Positions 12,247 through 25,400 are shown, counted from the stretch's first letter. The stretch is 64,000 nt of DNA from Tubiluchus corallicola (GCA_030141605.1 JAQGDQ010000150.1:124001-188000), one strand, 5' to 3'. The notes: generated from the sequence alone by a model not told the origin. A program made the numbers and translations.

Positions 12247-13628
12247 AGGGATCATTTAATGCACTTCTGTTTTGTTTCTTAAATTTTAAATTTACTATTA
12301 ATCTGGGCAGTGCCAACACAAAATTTTCTTCCTGGTGTTGTGCAGAGGCATACCAGTAATCTCAATAAAAATTATATATTAAGGTTTTTTCTTTGTAATA
12401 TTTGTATTAATTTAATGCTTTTTGTAAAAATTATTATTGTATGCTCATGGTAAATCTAGTAATAAATTCTAAGTCTAAATTCTAGATTTTAACATTTTAC
12501 TGTAGAACTAAAGCAACATATGTGCAGTTTTTGTGAGCTGCTGTAAAATAAAAATTTGTAGTGAGAGCTATAGTGGAAATTATTTTATCAGCATTTGCAA
12601 TCGTCTGCTTTGCAGGTCATGTTATTGTATTGTAGTAATTTTAGACAAAAGTATTTTTTTTTTAGTTTTAAAAGATTGGTTAAAAAAGAAATAGTTTACA
12701 ACTTATGACTATAAAATTGAGTGGTTGAATAGTATTAATAATAGTAGTAAATGTGCAGTGACTGGACGGACTTTCATGACTCATTTATTTTATTTCCTAC
12801 TGTAATATCTCTCTGTATTTTGTCTGTATTTTGTGTCTGTCTGTGGGGCCGGATCCGTCGTTTGACGACGGCCTACCAATGTATAGTAGTAAATGCTATA
12901 ATTATATCCTTAGACTTTTTTCTAGAGAATTAGCTCTTGAAACTTTCTTTTCAATTGTGTATAGTATTTACCAAATTAAGATTATCCAATCATGCTTTAA
13001 CAATTGAAAAAGGAGACGTGAATATAATGAGAGGAAGTTTAATACTTATGATCTTCTAGCTAGGTAGTGAATATCATGATCTTTTTCAATATAATGTTTT
13101 TTCAAATGGAAGAATGTTGCTTTTGCAAAGTATTATCGAAATAGTGTAAACGCTGAGAGTTTTTCTCAAGTTATAGATTACAGATTCGAATAATTCTGAA
13201 CTTCAGCCACATACATTCCTTATCATTAAAATGTTTGAAACAACATGCAATTAGCACAATTTAGCTGCAGTTTCTGAGCAAAATTTTTAACAAACTAATA
13301 GTTGCTTTACTGCAGAACAAAATTAAGTAATATGCATGATCTTTATCAAACCACTTTTTACTAGTGGTTCGAAAATCTTCGATTTGGATTCGAAATACTG
13401 AAATTCGGCTCGATTCGAATTCGAAAGTCACAAATTCGATTCGATTTCAATTCGCTTTTTGGTATGGAATGCACGCCCATAGTAGAGACTGCTGCATTCA
13501 GTATATAGTGCATATTGTATGATGCTTTAATGGCAAATTGTTCAGAAGGTTTTAAAAACCGTCAAATGACGGCGCTTTAGTCGCTTATTTTAATTGCAAG
13601 ATCCAAGCAAGCAACATGAATGTATGTA

Positions 13629-14420
13629 GGGCGCCGAGTAATCCACTAGCTGAAGTAGAACACTTCCGGTAAAACGCATGTGCTAAATTTGCGGAAAAGA
13701 GTGTTGTACACATGCAGCCCAAGTAGGGCACTGGCGATTTTTGTCGAGAATCGAGAATTATGACAACATAATAAAACGTAAAACCAAATTTGTTTTATAA
13801 AAAAGTAACTTTATAATAATGATGGATGACAATTTACAAAATTAATGCATTTTTACAATAGTATCATCAGTATTATTAGCTGCATTAAAATCATCATAAC
13901 ATTAAACTAAATGTCTAATGCTTTAAAGAGAGAAACTATGCACGCAATTATTAAAGAAATAATTGAAGTTTAAAAATGATACAGATGCTGCTAAGCCTTC
14001 AAGAGGTAATGCAGCGGATCATCTCTCTGTGAAGCGAGACAAAATAAAAAATGATATACCTTAAACAAAATTTAATGTTGAACTCGCCTAAAAAGTGGGT
14101 TTATTTCACTTCAACGACATTAATATCGAAGCCGAATTTAATATTGTGCGTTCTACGAGCTCAGAATAAAATTCTTTTATTTTATTAGATGTATAATAAA
14201 TGATTCAAAATTTTTAATTATCATTATTATTACATAAACAAGGACAACGGAAGGTGCCAATACGCTTACTAACTCAATTCGCGACCTGTATTTAGTGTCC
14301 TACTTGGGCAGCAGATGCACGACACGTCCTACTTGGGCCAGCTTATGTAAGACGTGTCCTACTTAGGCTAGCCTATGTACGCCAATTGTCCTACTTCGGC
14401 TAGTGGCTTACTCGGCGCCC
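13629..14420. mobile_element. Non-autonomous DNA transposon with 34-bp TIRs (GGG termini; Mutator- or Merlin-like)
   Basis: GGGCGCCGAGTAATCCACTAGCTGAAGTAGAACA vs TGTCCTACTTCGGCTAGTGGCTTACTCGGCGCCC; four GTCCTACTT(G/A/C)GGC subterminal repeats at 14297-14400; TSD ambiguous (about AACATGTA). Confidence 0.8.
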
Positions 14421-14549
14421 AACATGTATAACAATATACACACATGTACTGACTTTTATTTGATTACCGCTGTGTTAATCGTCTGGCGGGCAGATTTCTT
14501 TTATTTTAGAATTAAGCCTGCCTGATGTCTACGACATTACTATTTACTA

Positions 14550-15069
14550 GGTGAGCAAAGAAATCGTGGTGATAGAAAAGGTAGATCTGAGGAATCCCGT
14601 ATAAGCAGAGAATTGTGTTGGAACTTTGAACAAGGGATAGAATGTCCAAGAGGTGACCGTTGTAGATTCAGACATAGATATACTGATTGGGAAAATAAAA
14701 AATACGAAGAAGGAAAGTGGATACCTAGTTACCAAAGAAATCGTAACACAAATAGATCTGGGTACAATAGTCAAAGACCTTTTCAAAGGAGAAATGGGTT
14801 TTCAGTAAACGTAGGTAATGTAGATTGTAGAAGGGAAAAAATAAGAAGAGCTAAACGGCAAAGTTAATTTTTTAATGCAAAGACTAAATCCAGTAGAAAA
14901 TCATATATACCCCAACAAAGATATATGGAATTATGTCCGCGGGTAATATTATCCAATAGATTCACAACAAATGAGGGCTCAGCAAGTCAATTCCCAACAG
15001 TAAATAAGTGTAAGGAAAATAAGAAAAAACAAAGAATATCAACAAAAAAAGAAAAAATATAAAGTTTTC

Positions 15070-15100
<31 letters not shown>

Positions 15101-18100
15101 AATATTTGGGCATTAAATCTAAATTAGAGTCCTTAAAGGAAATTGTTTATAAGAAGAATCCAGTCGTAATAGCAATAGTCGAAACACACTTGCTTAATAA
15201 CGAAACCATTGAATTACCCGGTTACCTTCTTTTTTACAATAATAGAGAATTAAATAGAGGAGGGGGAATCATCTTAGCTATTTTAAAAGAATTGGTTAAG
15301 TGACAGTTTGTGTGGATTTACAAAATGATTGTGGTGAAATACTGTGGGTTTTAATTAATAATGATAAATTTAAAATTTGTCTTGGAGTCATCTTTTACAT
15401 GACATGTACAGAAAAAATCAAGAGCAAGTAAAAAAGGCAAGAATTGAAAACGAAAAAGTTCTATTAATTTGTGATTCTAATGCGAAAGTTGGTACAATGA
15501 TCAAGCGTAATTCAGAAAAGATATCAATAGCAGGCAAACAATTGATAGTAAAGAACTAGTAAAAAAGAACTAGAGAACTAGTAAAAAAGAAAAAAATTAG
15601 TGTTAATAAATAGTCTTGACAATTGTTCAGGATTGTGGACACGAGTACAAGGTAGTCAGAAATCTGTTATCGATTTTGTGATAGTGAGAGAAGATGATGT
15701 TAATGCAGTCGATTATAGGCTCATCGATGAAGACAAACTCTATGGGCCCTTCTATGTAAAGAAAAAAGAAAACGATACACAGTGTGTTTATAGTGATCAT
15801 AACACTATTTTGGTTGGGATCAATTGGAAAAAAGTTTATAGTGGACAAGAAAAAAAGGACCCAGAGAAATTTATAGTAAATGAGGCAAATCTTACTAAGT
15901 TTAAAAACTTAACCGAGACAAGCGCTTTAAACAAAATATGGGATGAAGATGATAGTATTCAATCAAAATATACAAAATGGCAAACAGAAATTGGTTCTAT
16001 TATGAATACATGTTTTACAACATGTAGAAAGATAAAACAAAATAATAATTTGAAAGTAGTTAGACTGCTAACAAAAAAGAAAAATTAAATGATTACTGAA
16101 ACAAGAATCGAATATAAAATCGGAAAATAGCATAACGTTAAAAGTACGAAAACAGAGAATTATCGAAATGATATTTAAATATCAGTAATTTCAATTTGTT
16201 AATAAAATTAATAAAACTGTTGAGATGATTAGACAAGTCATCTGCCTTTTGGGAATAAAGTCAAATGCCTGTTGGGAATTTTACAAAAAGATTAAAGTTA
16301 AAAAGAAAGAGGATATGGTATCAATTAGAAATGGATTTCTGATGGAGTTCTCATCGAAAGCCCAGCTGAAATACTAAAAGAATTTGAAAATGAATATGAG
16401 CATCTGCTAAAACCAATTAATGCTACTACTCCAAGGGAAATTGAAACTCAAGTAATGGTAAATAAAAGTATAAGTCAACTACAAAAAATTGTGTTATATA
16501 ATAACGTTTCTGAGACAATTACAAAAAATGAATTGGTAGATGAAATTAAGTCCTTAAAAAAAGAAAATCAAAAGATTTATACAATTGGAAAAATGAAATG
16601 TTAAATCCTAATAGCATACCTAATGAATGGAAAGGAATGGTGACTAAATCTATGTATAAAGGAGGTGGATCAGAGAGAGAACTGGTTAACAGACGAGAGG
16701 TTTTCTTAACATCAGCTATTAACAAATTATTTGAAAGGGTTCTCATAAAAAGAAACAGTGATATATTAAACAACAACATCAGTAATTTACAGTGTGGAGG
16801 GTGTAAAAATAGAGGAACATTAGATCACCTTTTTACATTAAGAGCCATATTAGATTATAATAAAATGATGAATACAGAATCATACTGATTATTTGGTGAT
16901 GTTGAAAAGTGTTTTGACCGATTATGGCTACAAGATTGCATTGATCAATTATGGAAATTAGGATTTAATTCTCGTGATACATTATTAGTTTATAATTTAT
17001 TATTTATAGTAATTATTGTAATTTATAATAGTTTATTTGACACCATAATGGTGTCAAACTTTTTAATAGTCTCCCTCATGAAATCTTAACTTGCCAAACA
17101 TTGCACACTGCAGTTAAAAAATTTCGCCTCTCTTTAATTGGCAACTATATAGTGTAATTATTGGAATTTAGAAAAAAAATTGTATTCTTAGTTTTGAATT
17201 TATCTCTTAATTATCTTCCAGTTTGACATCTATTTCACTGAATATTCACATAGTTTGGAAAAAATAAATTCAGCATTATTCTTATGGTTTATCACTGACC
17301 CACTTTCATTATTTTTACTAGAGCTATAATTTGTTCAATGTATCTGCAATAGACGTACTTCGATATTGGTTTAGTTTTTTTTGTTATTCCTATGAAGTCT
17401 GTCTCTTGAGTTAAATCCAAATTTTTGTTTTTGCTATTTTGTTAATTTAAATATGTTTCCTACCATTTGCCATATTCATTGATTTATGTTGTCACTTAAT
17501 TATAAACTCATCTGAATTCATTATACTAATATCTCCCTAGTTATTCATCTTCATTTTTTCTTTTTATTTTTTATATGTTGATTATTATAATTTTCTTTGT
17601 CTGTACTTGTCAGGTTATATAATTTCCTTTAAATGTGGATAGAGGTACTTGACCTGGTGATGATTTACTCATGACTTGACATTGCTCCATTTTTTTTGCT
17701 TCTTATGTTGGTTTGAGTTCTTGATTTATATGTAATTATTAGTTTTGTTTGCTAATTTAAATTTTGTCTCTTCTCATTGCCAAATTTATTTACTGTTTCT
17801 AAATTTAAACTCATTTGAACTTGTTGCCTCATTTATTTATTTTATTTTGTTAAGTTGCTGATTATTTTCATTTGTACATACCTTACTTGACAGGTCACTT
17901 AATTTTCTTCAGTTTGGATAGGGGTGGTTGACTTGGTGACCCTTGGTCTTTTCGCCAACCCGTCTCTTTTCTGTCTTTATTTTAGTTTTTAGCTTTTATT
18001 TATGTTTATTTTGTAACATTCAAAGACAAATAAATTTTTTTACTTACTTATAAGCTCAATTGTGAAGCTAATGCTAAAATTAACACACCTATTGGATTTA

Positions 18101-19370
18101 CTAAAAGTATTAAACTAATTGAAAATGTAAGGCAGGGCACCCCAGTAGGATCAACACTATGTGGGATAACTATGAACGATATAATAGATATACAGTATCA
18201 TCCAGTGACAATGTTTAGCCCTGATTTAGAAATTGGCACCTTGTTACATGTGGATGACGTGCTATCAGTAGGGACTGCAGAAACAGTGATTAAAGCAGGA
18301 GAGAATTTTAGGGAGATAGAAACTCAAAAAATGATGACCTTCAACTTAGAAAAGTACATGGCAACTAATATGACAAAAATGAGAAACAGTAAAGAACTAA
18401 TATTGCATGTAAAAAATAGCCAAATTAAACGAACTCATGAATATAAATACTTGGGAAACTGGTTTAATAGCAAAAATAATTATTAGCTTATGTTTGAAAA
18501 AAGAAAAGATAAAATGAAATTTATGATTTCAGAAATACTGAACAATGGCAATGAATCTAAAGTTGGAACTACTGTTACAGCTGTTCGGCTAATGCTGTAC
18601 GAAAACACAGTAATACCATCAATATTCAATAATGCTGAGACTTGGACCAATCTCACCAAATCAGAAATAGATAAATTAGAAAGCATACAAAAAGAAGCAC
18701 TAGCAAAAATTTTATGTCAAAAGGATAGTATGCCATATTGGGGCATGTTAAGTGAAACAAAAACCTGGCCAATGATTTGTAGGGTAGACTATAAAAAATT
18801 AATGTATTATCATCTATTAATGAACTCAAATGACGGAAGAATGGCAAAACAAGTTCTAAAAGTGCAAATAAATAATAGCTTTAATAAATGTTGGTATTCA
18901 GAATCAAACACATCATGAATAAATATAATATTGATATAAATACAGTGGATATAAATGTAATAACCAAATCTAGATGGAAAAAGTATGTAAAGAATGAAAT
19001 TCATTTATTTATAGAAAGAGAGCTTAAAACTAAAATAGAAACTATGACAAAATTAAGATTTTTAAAAAACAGAACTTTCCAAAGACAAATGTATGTCGAA
19101 AAATGTAGGTTAGACGAAATGAAAGATATTATATCAGTTAGACTTAATACGATATAGATGTTAAAGCAAATTTCAAAAATCTGTATAAGGGGGATCTGAA
19201 ATGTTCTTTATGTCAGGTAGCAGAGGATACTACTGAGCATCTTTTTGAATGTAAAGCTGTGTATATGAACAAGTTGGGCCTATCTGCGCATGATATAAGT
19301 GAATGGAACATAGATAAAATACTACTGACTAGGATGTATGTTAACGTGCTGTTGAAACTAAAAATATAAT
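14550..19370 (+). mobile_element. Degenerate non-LTR retrotransposon: ORF1 remnant with CCCH finger, ORF2 APE-RT-CCHC
   Basis: ORF1 CWNFEQGIECPRGDRCRFRH; APE motifs IVETHL, GGGIIL, DSNAKVG, SVIDFVIV, SDHNTI; RT motifs DVEKCFD, VRQG, LHVDDV; C-terminal CSLCQVAEDTTEHLFEC; many stops and frameshifts. Confidence 0.9.
16996..18047 (+). mobile_element. 5'-truncated L2/Crack LINE 3' end with long UTR, nested in the RT of the previous LINE
   Basis: TSD TTATAA (16990-16995 / 18048-18053); host frame DTLLVY|KLNCEANAKINTPIG rejoins; GVKLFNSLP motif; AATAAA then a T/TTAC tail. Confidence 0.8.
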
Positions 19371-19464
19371 TGAAGACGAGTGAACAGTAAAGGCAAATTG
19401 ACATCAAAGATATTTGGTGTGATTTGAAAATCAAATTGATCGTGTTGTTGGTCTTGCAAACAGA

Positions 19465-20230
19465 CACTTTTTATTGATGTCTGTTTGCTTGCCACTGGTG
19501 GTGAAGAAAATTGAGCGTATCAACGGTATCTACGTATCCACAGTAACAGACGTGATGGACATATGATATGAGTGTATTAAATTGTAATCTATGCTGTTCC
19601 TTGTTTGGGCGATTCACAGTGGCTATTCTAATATTTCCATCAGGCTCCTGTATAATATCCACATCATAAAGGAGCAAGCCAAAAAGAAAACTGTATCCTG
19701 ACATGCATGGTGTTGCTCTTACTGCTCTACATTGAGCCCCATAATTTTTCTAAGTTTTATCACTTGTCTGATCCAAGCATTGACTCTTACTAGTGTTTAC
19801 TTTACATAGATCTTTTTCGTTCACTGCAAGATTTCCAAACACTTTTTTAGCTATTTCACATTTCAACAGATGTTCAGTCCTATCACACTCCTTCACACAC
19901 AGTGGACTTTAAATCATCCTTACAGTTTTGTAATTACACTTTAATTTTATCATGTTTAATTTCCATTCAGTAATTTCATATACAGTTTTTCATCACACTC
20001 CATCACATAATTTGTTGCCTGTTTGCAATTTTCGACAATCTCAGTTTTGTCGTATCATCACACTTTTTCACAGATTCTACTTCTAGATATTTTCTAACTG
20101 CTTTTTTAATTTCTTTTTTCCATTGTGACTTCAATAATTTGTCTTGTTTTAATTTGTTCCAGAAACGTTATATGTTTACCTCACATACTCATTTCAGACA
20201 TTTTTTATTGCAATAAATTATTTTGTTTAT
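19465..20230 (-). mobile_element. 3' fragment of a related APE-RT-CCHC LINE, tail-to-tail with the plus-strand copy
   Basis: Minus-strand remnants KSQWKKEIKKAV, TTKLR, LNMIKLKCNYK and RTEHLLKC parallel the C-terminus at 18960-19255; minus-strand AATAAA at about 19470. Confidence 0.65.
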
Positions 20231-22359
20231 GGTGTTCATAAATGATTATATGTGCCTCAGGGGTTATTAGCCTAGTAGTAGGAATAGCACTAAAATCACG
20301 ATTTGTGGAAATTGGAACACATTTGCTTTTACCTTTAGTTTTTTTCTGGATCAGTATGTCAATTGTTATGTACTATTTGGCGGAATCGCCCCATCATGGG
20401 TTGACATTGGCTATTTCAATAAATCATACCATATTCAGCAAAAGACAATATTAATAGTGAAAACCAAAATTTTTTATGAGGGAAATATTAGATTATGCCG
20501 AGAACAGTATCGCATTTTATTTTTATGGTCATAAGTCACATAGTCGTTTTATTGTTTGGAACTACAAAGTGTTGTTAAAATGCAGCTGACAGATTGCTTA
20601 CTAGACAGATGACTAGACAGATGACAGTTTCAGAAGTTGTTTTCAAGGGTTAAGTTGTTACACTTATATAATTATGCCTAATTGATGAATTTTGCAGTAT
20701 CTTCTCTGATTTTTTTTTAGTTTTTAAAAACAAAATTATCTTATTAAAGTAAATGACCTTTGGCTCGCAGTTACTACCGATATAAAGGCCTCAGGAAGAA
20801 AGTGATATACAGCCAAAAAAATTTATAAAATGTACATGTAGTTGTCTTGTCCATATGTGTACTTACAATTAAGTTAGTAATCAGTAACTAAATAAGGTAT
20901 GTCTCACTAACGAAAGAATCTTTAGGTCTTTTATCACTTCTCTAATTTCATACTGTGTTTAATTGTTGAACTAGTTATCATAACTTAGACATTATAAGTT
21001 TTTAATTTAATAACTTATTGTATTTCATAAGAACAAATCTTAAAATCTCAAAAATGTTTAAGCCCTCGAGAAAGGGAATTATGAATGTTTCTCTTTCACC
21101 TTTTCTGTCGGAGCACATTTCTTCTAAAGCTCACACACAGCTGTTGAATGTCGATACTGATGATTACATAATGATTGCCAGGTGACAACCCCAAACATCT
21201 CTTTTGTGCTGATTCCAGTTTGCTTGCCTCTAAGGCACACAACTCATTACTGCACATACGGATTAATTGTTGGATCAATGAAGCCATCGGGCTGGAAACT
21301 TGAAATTTTATATTCCTATCCATTCGGATGCCACACCATCTTGGCTTATTCGTTCTTTTCACATATATGTATCAAACGAATTTTACATTTGTGTTTAGTT
21401 TTATATATGCACTTATAGGTGTAACTGTTCCAATGTAGATTTTTTATCAATGATGTCATGATGACAATGATGGGATGATATTCATCCAGAAGATAGTCAG
21501 GTTCTCCATCTTGAAAACTTTGCATTGCAACACATAGCAGTATTGAAGTTCAGCAATCCATTTAGTCAAACTACTCAGAAAGAGTAGTTAGAGTAGTTTG
21601 TATAAAGTTCATAGGGATGTTTTTATAAATACACATTAGCTAAAAGGGTTTTTCCGCAACTAATATTTGGAGCTAATTTATTCTTCAATCCTAAGGCACA
21701 ATGACAATTGACAATTGCAAGAGGGCAAGACTATTGTTCATCTACAATGTGACGTAAGAATGCCACAGTCAATAGTTGCATAGCTGCTATAGCATGGCGT
21801 ATACTCAAAATTTTAACTAGTTTGTTGGTGCAATCATGGTGCGACAGTTCTTGCTGTCAAGTCTTGACTATGAGTTGCCTTGCTTTTGAAATAAAACATA
21901 GAGTAGTATTTTTCACTCTTTTTGGACAAGCTAAAGTGTTGAATGCATCAGAAACTTCTATTTAAAGCATTTTCTTTATATTTACATTTACCCCTCCTCT
22001 CGGGTTTTTATGTTATAACATAATTTTAGGCCACTATAGATTGTGTTGTGATGCGAATAAATATTTTATGTCAGTCGGGGACCAGGATTTCAGTTACGCC
22101 AAGGTTTTTACCTTATGTCAAAGTTAGAATGTGAGTGGTGCCCTCATTTATTCCATGTTATGCATAAATAGATATTTTAAGTGCTAGTTTCAGAGCATTT
22201 TGTCAAATGTGCAGTACTTAGCATGTGAAACTGTGTGACTTGCTTTTGTAGTGCCCAGAAAGCTTATGGCACTTGTGGCTAAAATAACTACTAGTGTGTA
22301 CTGTGTATGAAGATATCCAGTTTTTTATAATTATAGTTACTTTCAGTTAGAAAACTTTG

Positions 22360-22458
22360 ATGCCTTCAAATATGGAAGCGTGGAATGGATTTATAACTAC
22401 TATTGGTGAAGAAGATGATGTTGTATTGGCTTCAGAAAGCAGTGATAGTGATGGCGAT
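22360..22458 (+). CDS. DDX27: DDX27 coding exon 1
   Basis: [33 protein letters not shown]; donor GTAAGT. Confidence 0.85.
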
Positions 22459-25400
22459 GTAAGTTCCTGGCTTCTTATTATATTGCGTTGCTCTTTGCTA
22501 ATGCCTTGTGATTTTGTAGCTCAAGTCCTTTCAAAATCATGATATCAACTGCATACTAATTGAAGACTATTTGCATTTGCTAGTGACTTAATGTAAATGT
22601 GTAAAAAAGGATTAAATATTATATTGAAATGTATGCTTTTATATTATATATACATTTATAGGCCACAGTACTAAAGGTAAAGGTGAAAAAGCAGAAAAAA
22701 GGAACACATGATGATTTTGCCACTGATTTTGTATTTACTGACAAAAATCCAACTGATGACTTGTGGAGCTCTTCAAATTTTCAGCAAAATGCATCAACAT
22801 CTAAAAGTTCTTCACTTGATGACAAAATAGCAAAGATTCGTCAAAAAAGGAAAAAAGACACATGGGTAATTTTTCAGCAAGTTCTGTTCTATACACTATT
22901 TGTATAGCTAAAACATTTTGTCAGTTTCTGAATCAAGCTTTTTATTCTCTTTCATAAGCTAGCCTTTTTTCCTGTACTAAATTTTGTCTCTACTTGTCTG
23001 TGATAATACTTAATGCTTAGTTTGTCAATTTATGTACAATAATTTCTGAAAATGGTGGTTTTATATTTATTTTATTTCTCTAGTTTTTTAAGGAGTTTAA
23101 AGCCTGTTAGTGAAGCCATATCTTTTTAATGTGCAATTGTCCTCTGTGGATTTGTGACAGATTTATTATGCCTAGTAGTACAGTGGGTGCATGCCCAGTA
23201 GTACATTAGGTTCCGTTTAATAGACTCACAGTTAATAGACTCAAAATGCCTGGAATTGCCCACTTCTGTTCAAATATACATAAATACTATCGGTAATTGA
23301 CTCAAATAACTCCGCATAATTGGCTAATTATTTTCCTTCACCTGTTTAAAATAAGATATTTGTATGTGCCCAAAGAGCCTTTCCTAGTTTTATGTCATCT
23401 TTACTTCCCTTTTGGGCACTATGTATACAGAAACAATCATGTTATGTACCGTTTTGTTTATAAGCAGGTACGTTTATCATGCGCTAATAGGCTAGTGTAG
23501 CGGTTTTGCTTACCCGCTCTGTTACCCGCTCGCCAACTGTTACCCAAAGAATTTCTGGAAGCTAAACATTTAATCACTTTCCAAGCGGTATTCCTTGTGG
23601 CTTGCAAGACTAAACATTGTACAACAAATAAGTGCAATGTAAGTGAGCAGACGATTCAGAACTGTTTTAGTCACTCACAACAGATTTACAACGTTTTTAT
23701 AATTACGTGAACTATGTGGGCCAACTTCTTCGCGAGAAAATAAAGCAGCTGACTTTTAAGGAATTTTTGTAATTTTTGCAAATAAATAGACTTAGAAAAG
23801 TCTGTGATTTAGAAAAGTATACTTTTTAATTTATTGCAAACTCACTTACATAAATTAATATTTTAAAATATTTTTTTCTAATTTTTAACTGCACAAGGAA
23901 TTTAGGCATTACCCCATTTCTGAAATTCATTAAAAACCTTGCAGTAAGCTGATGTCTTATACTTCTATACCTGTAATACTATACCCATCGGTTAATTGGG
24001 TCAAAACACGTCGATCCCAAAGTGAGTCTGTTAAACGGTGCCTACTGTAGTGGTAATTTATTGACTGTAATGAATTGTAAGGAGAATTGTACTGTTCAAT
24101 ACAATACCGTAAGCAGATACTGTTTAACAAGCAAACCAATGTAACTGTACTTTACCAAAATAAATAGAAGCTAGCTGTATGTGTACATCAATTTTGTAAC
24201 AACACAAAGTCATGTCTAATAGTCATTCCTAAATTTAGATTGTAAGTAAATAAATTTGATAAACAACTAAAATCTAATTCAGAATAATCCTGACTCACAT
24301 TCTCTGTATTAATACATTCACAAATGAAATGGCATTCTGTTTGCACTAAGCTGCAGCCACATAATCTCAATTTATGTGGTATCCTAGACCACCAAACAGT
24401 TTCTATATGCAGATTAGGAACTGAGAGACGAATCCTAGTCATCTGTATTCTATCATATTCTCATATACTTTTACATCTAATGAAGGATTGACTTTTACAC
24501 ATCTAATACACTTAAATCAGGGTTAAGCGTTTTGTCATCACAAACTTTGTTCAGACTGAGCAATATCTCATTCAATTATATGATCTTCATTCATTACACT
24601 ACTAATATAATGAGTCTCCCAAGTATTCACTGCCTGCACTAATTGCTGCACAAAATGAAATGGATCATCGAGCATGCCATTACGCTCCTGTATTAAATTT
24701 TAAAAAATGTTCATCTGCATTAACTTTATTTTAGCCAACAATGAAGGATAGCCATGTAATCATCACAGTCATTTACAAATTATGATGGTGATTGATAAGA
24801 AGTTGTCTTTTTCACTATATTCTTTCTCTATGTTTTTTTATACATTTCAGAATCCTGCAAACCAGGATTCAGCCTTAAGTGACAGGTCCTACTCAAACTG
24901 GTTAGCTGGACGAGATAGAGATCTGATTCATTAGCGAGGTTATGCCTCTAGGATGAGCTACTGAATCGGCAGAAGTATTTCAGCTTTTTTAGATATGTAT
25001 AAGTCCTCCCTTTACGAAGTAAACCACCATAATCAACATGGCAAATGAAATGCCCAGAGCGCCCAGAGTCGAGAATTGAAGCGATTCACCTATTTGCTTA
25101 ATCTTAGGTGACCACAACAGTCAGCTATGCACTTTGTCTATAATACAGAAGCTTTGGGGACTATAAGTGAACAACTCTGTTGGCCTATTTTTGATTTATA
25201 GTTTAGTGCACTGCAAGCTGGTAATAAATATCTAGCATTCAATGGCAAGACTTACATATAATATTGTATACTATTAACATATTAACATGCTAACAAGGTT
25301 TTGCACTGCTTAACTATCATAGCTAAGCTCTCACTGGGATTCTCGAATATTCTCTTTGTAGTATACCTATCTGCATATCTAAACTAGAGTAGGCCTTGCT

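Larger units (their letters stand above)
11030..12485 (+). mobile_element. 5'-truncated L2/Crack LINE (RT C-terminus and 3' UTR), split by a solo LTR
   Basis: ITLYNSLILPYLSHANILLGST..LQRKFVRIV|KLPKRIT..SRTNVGK..INGPKTWNKLP..KKNLKSHIF; AATAAA followed by a short repeat tail near 12464-12485. Confidence 0.8.
10955..13481. mobile_element. hAT-like non-autonomous element with TTCGA subterminal repeats, carrying nested insertions
   Basis: Left end TAGG...gttcgagttcgaacgtttgaatcgaaatcgattcgaacg; right end ...cgattcgaattcgaa...ggaatgcacgcccata; TSD not recognisable. Confidence 0.5.

Noticed and set aside
12128-12319. His/Thr-rich ORF
   Set aside because: Translation of a (GT)n microsatellite
20242-20454. 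Hydrophobic 70-aa ORF resembling a small membrane protein
   Set aside because: No recognisable family or splice partners; T-rich sequence readily gives such ORFs
24190-25200. Possible Penelope/LINE remnant and a hairpin at about 24922-24970
   Set aside because: Too degenerate to assign; no unambiguous protein motif
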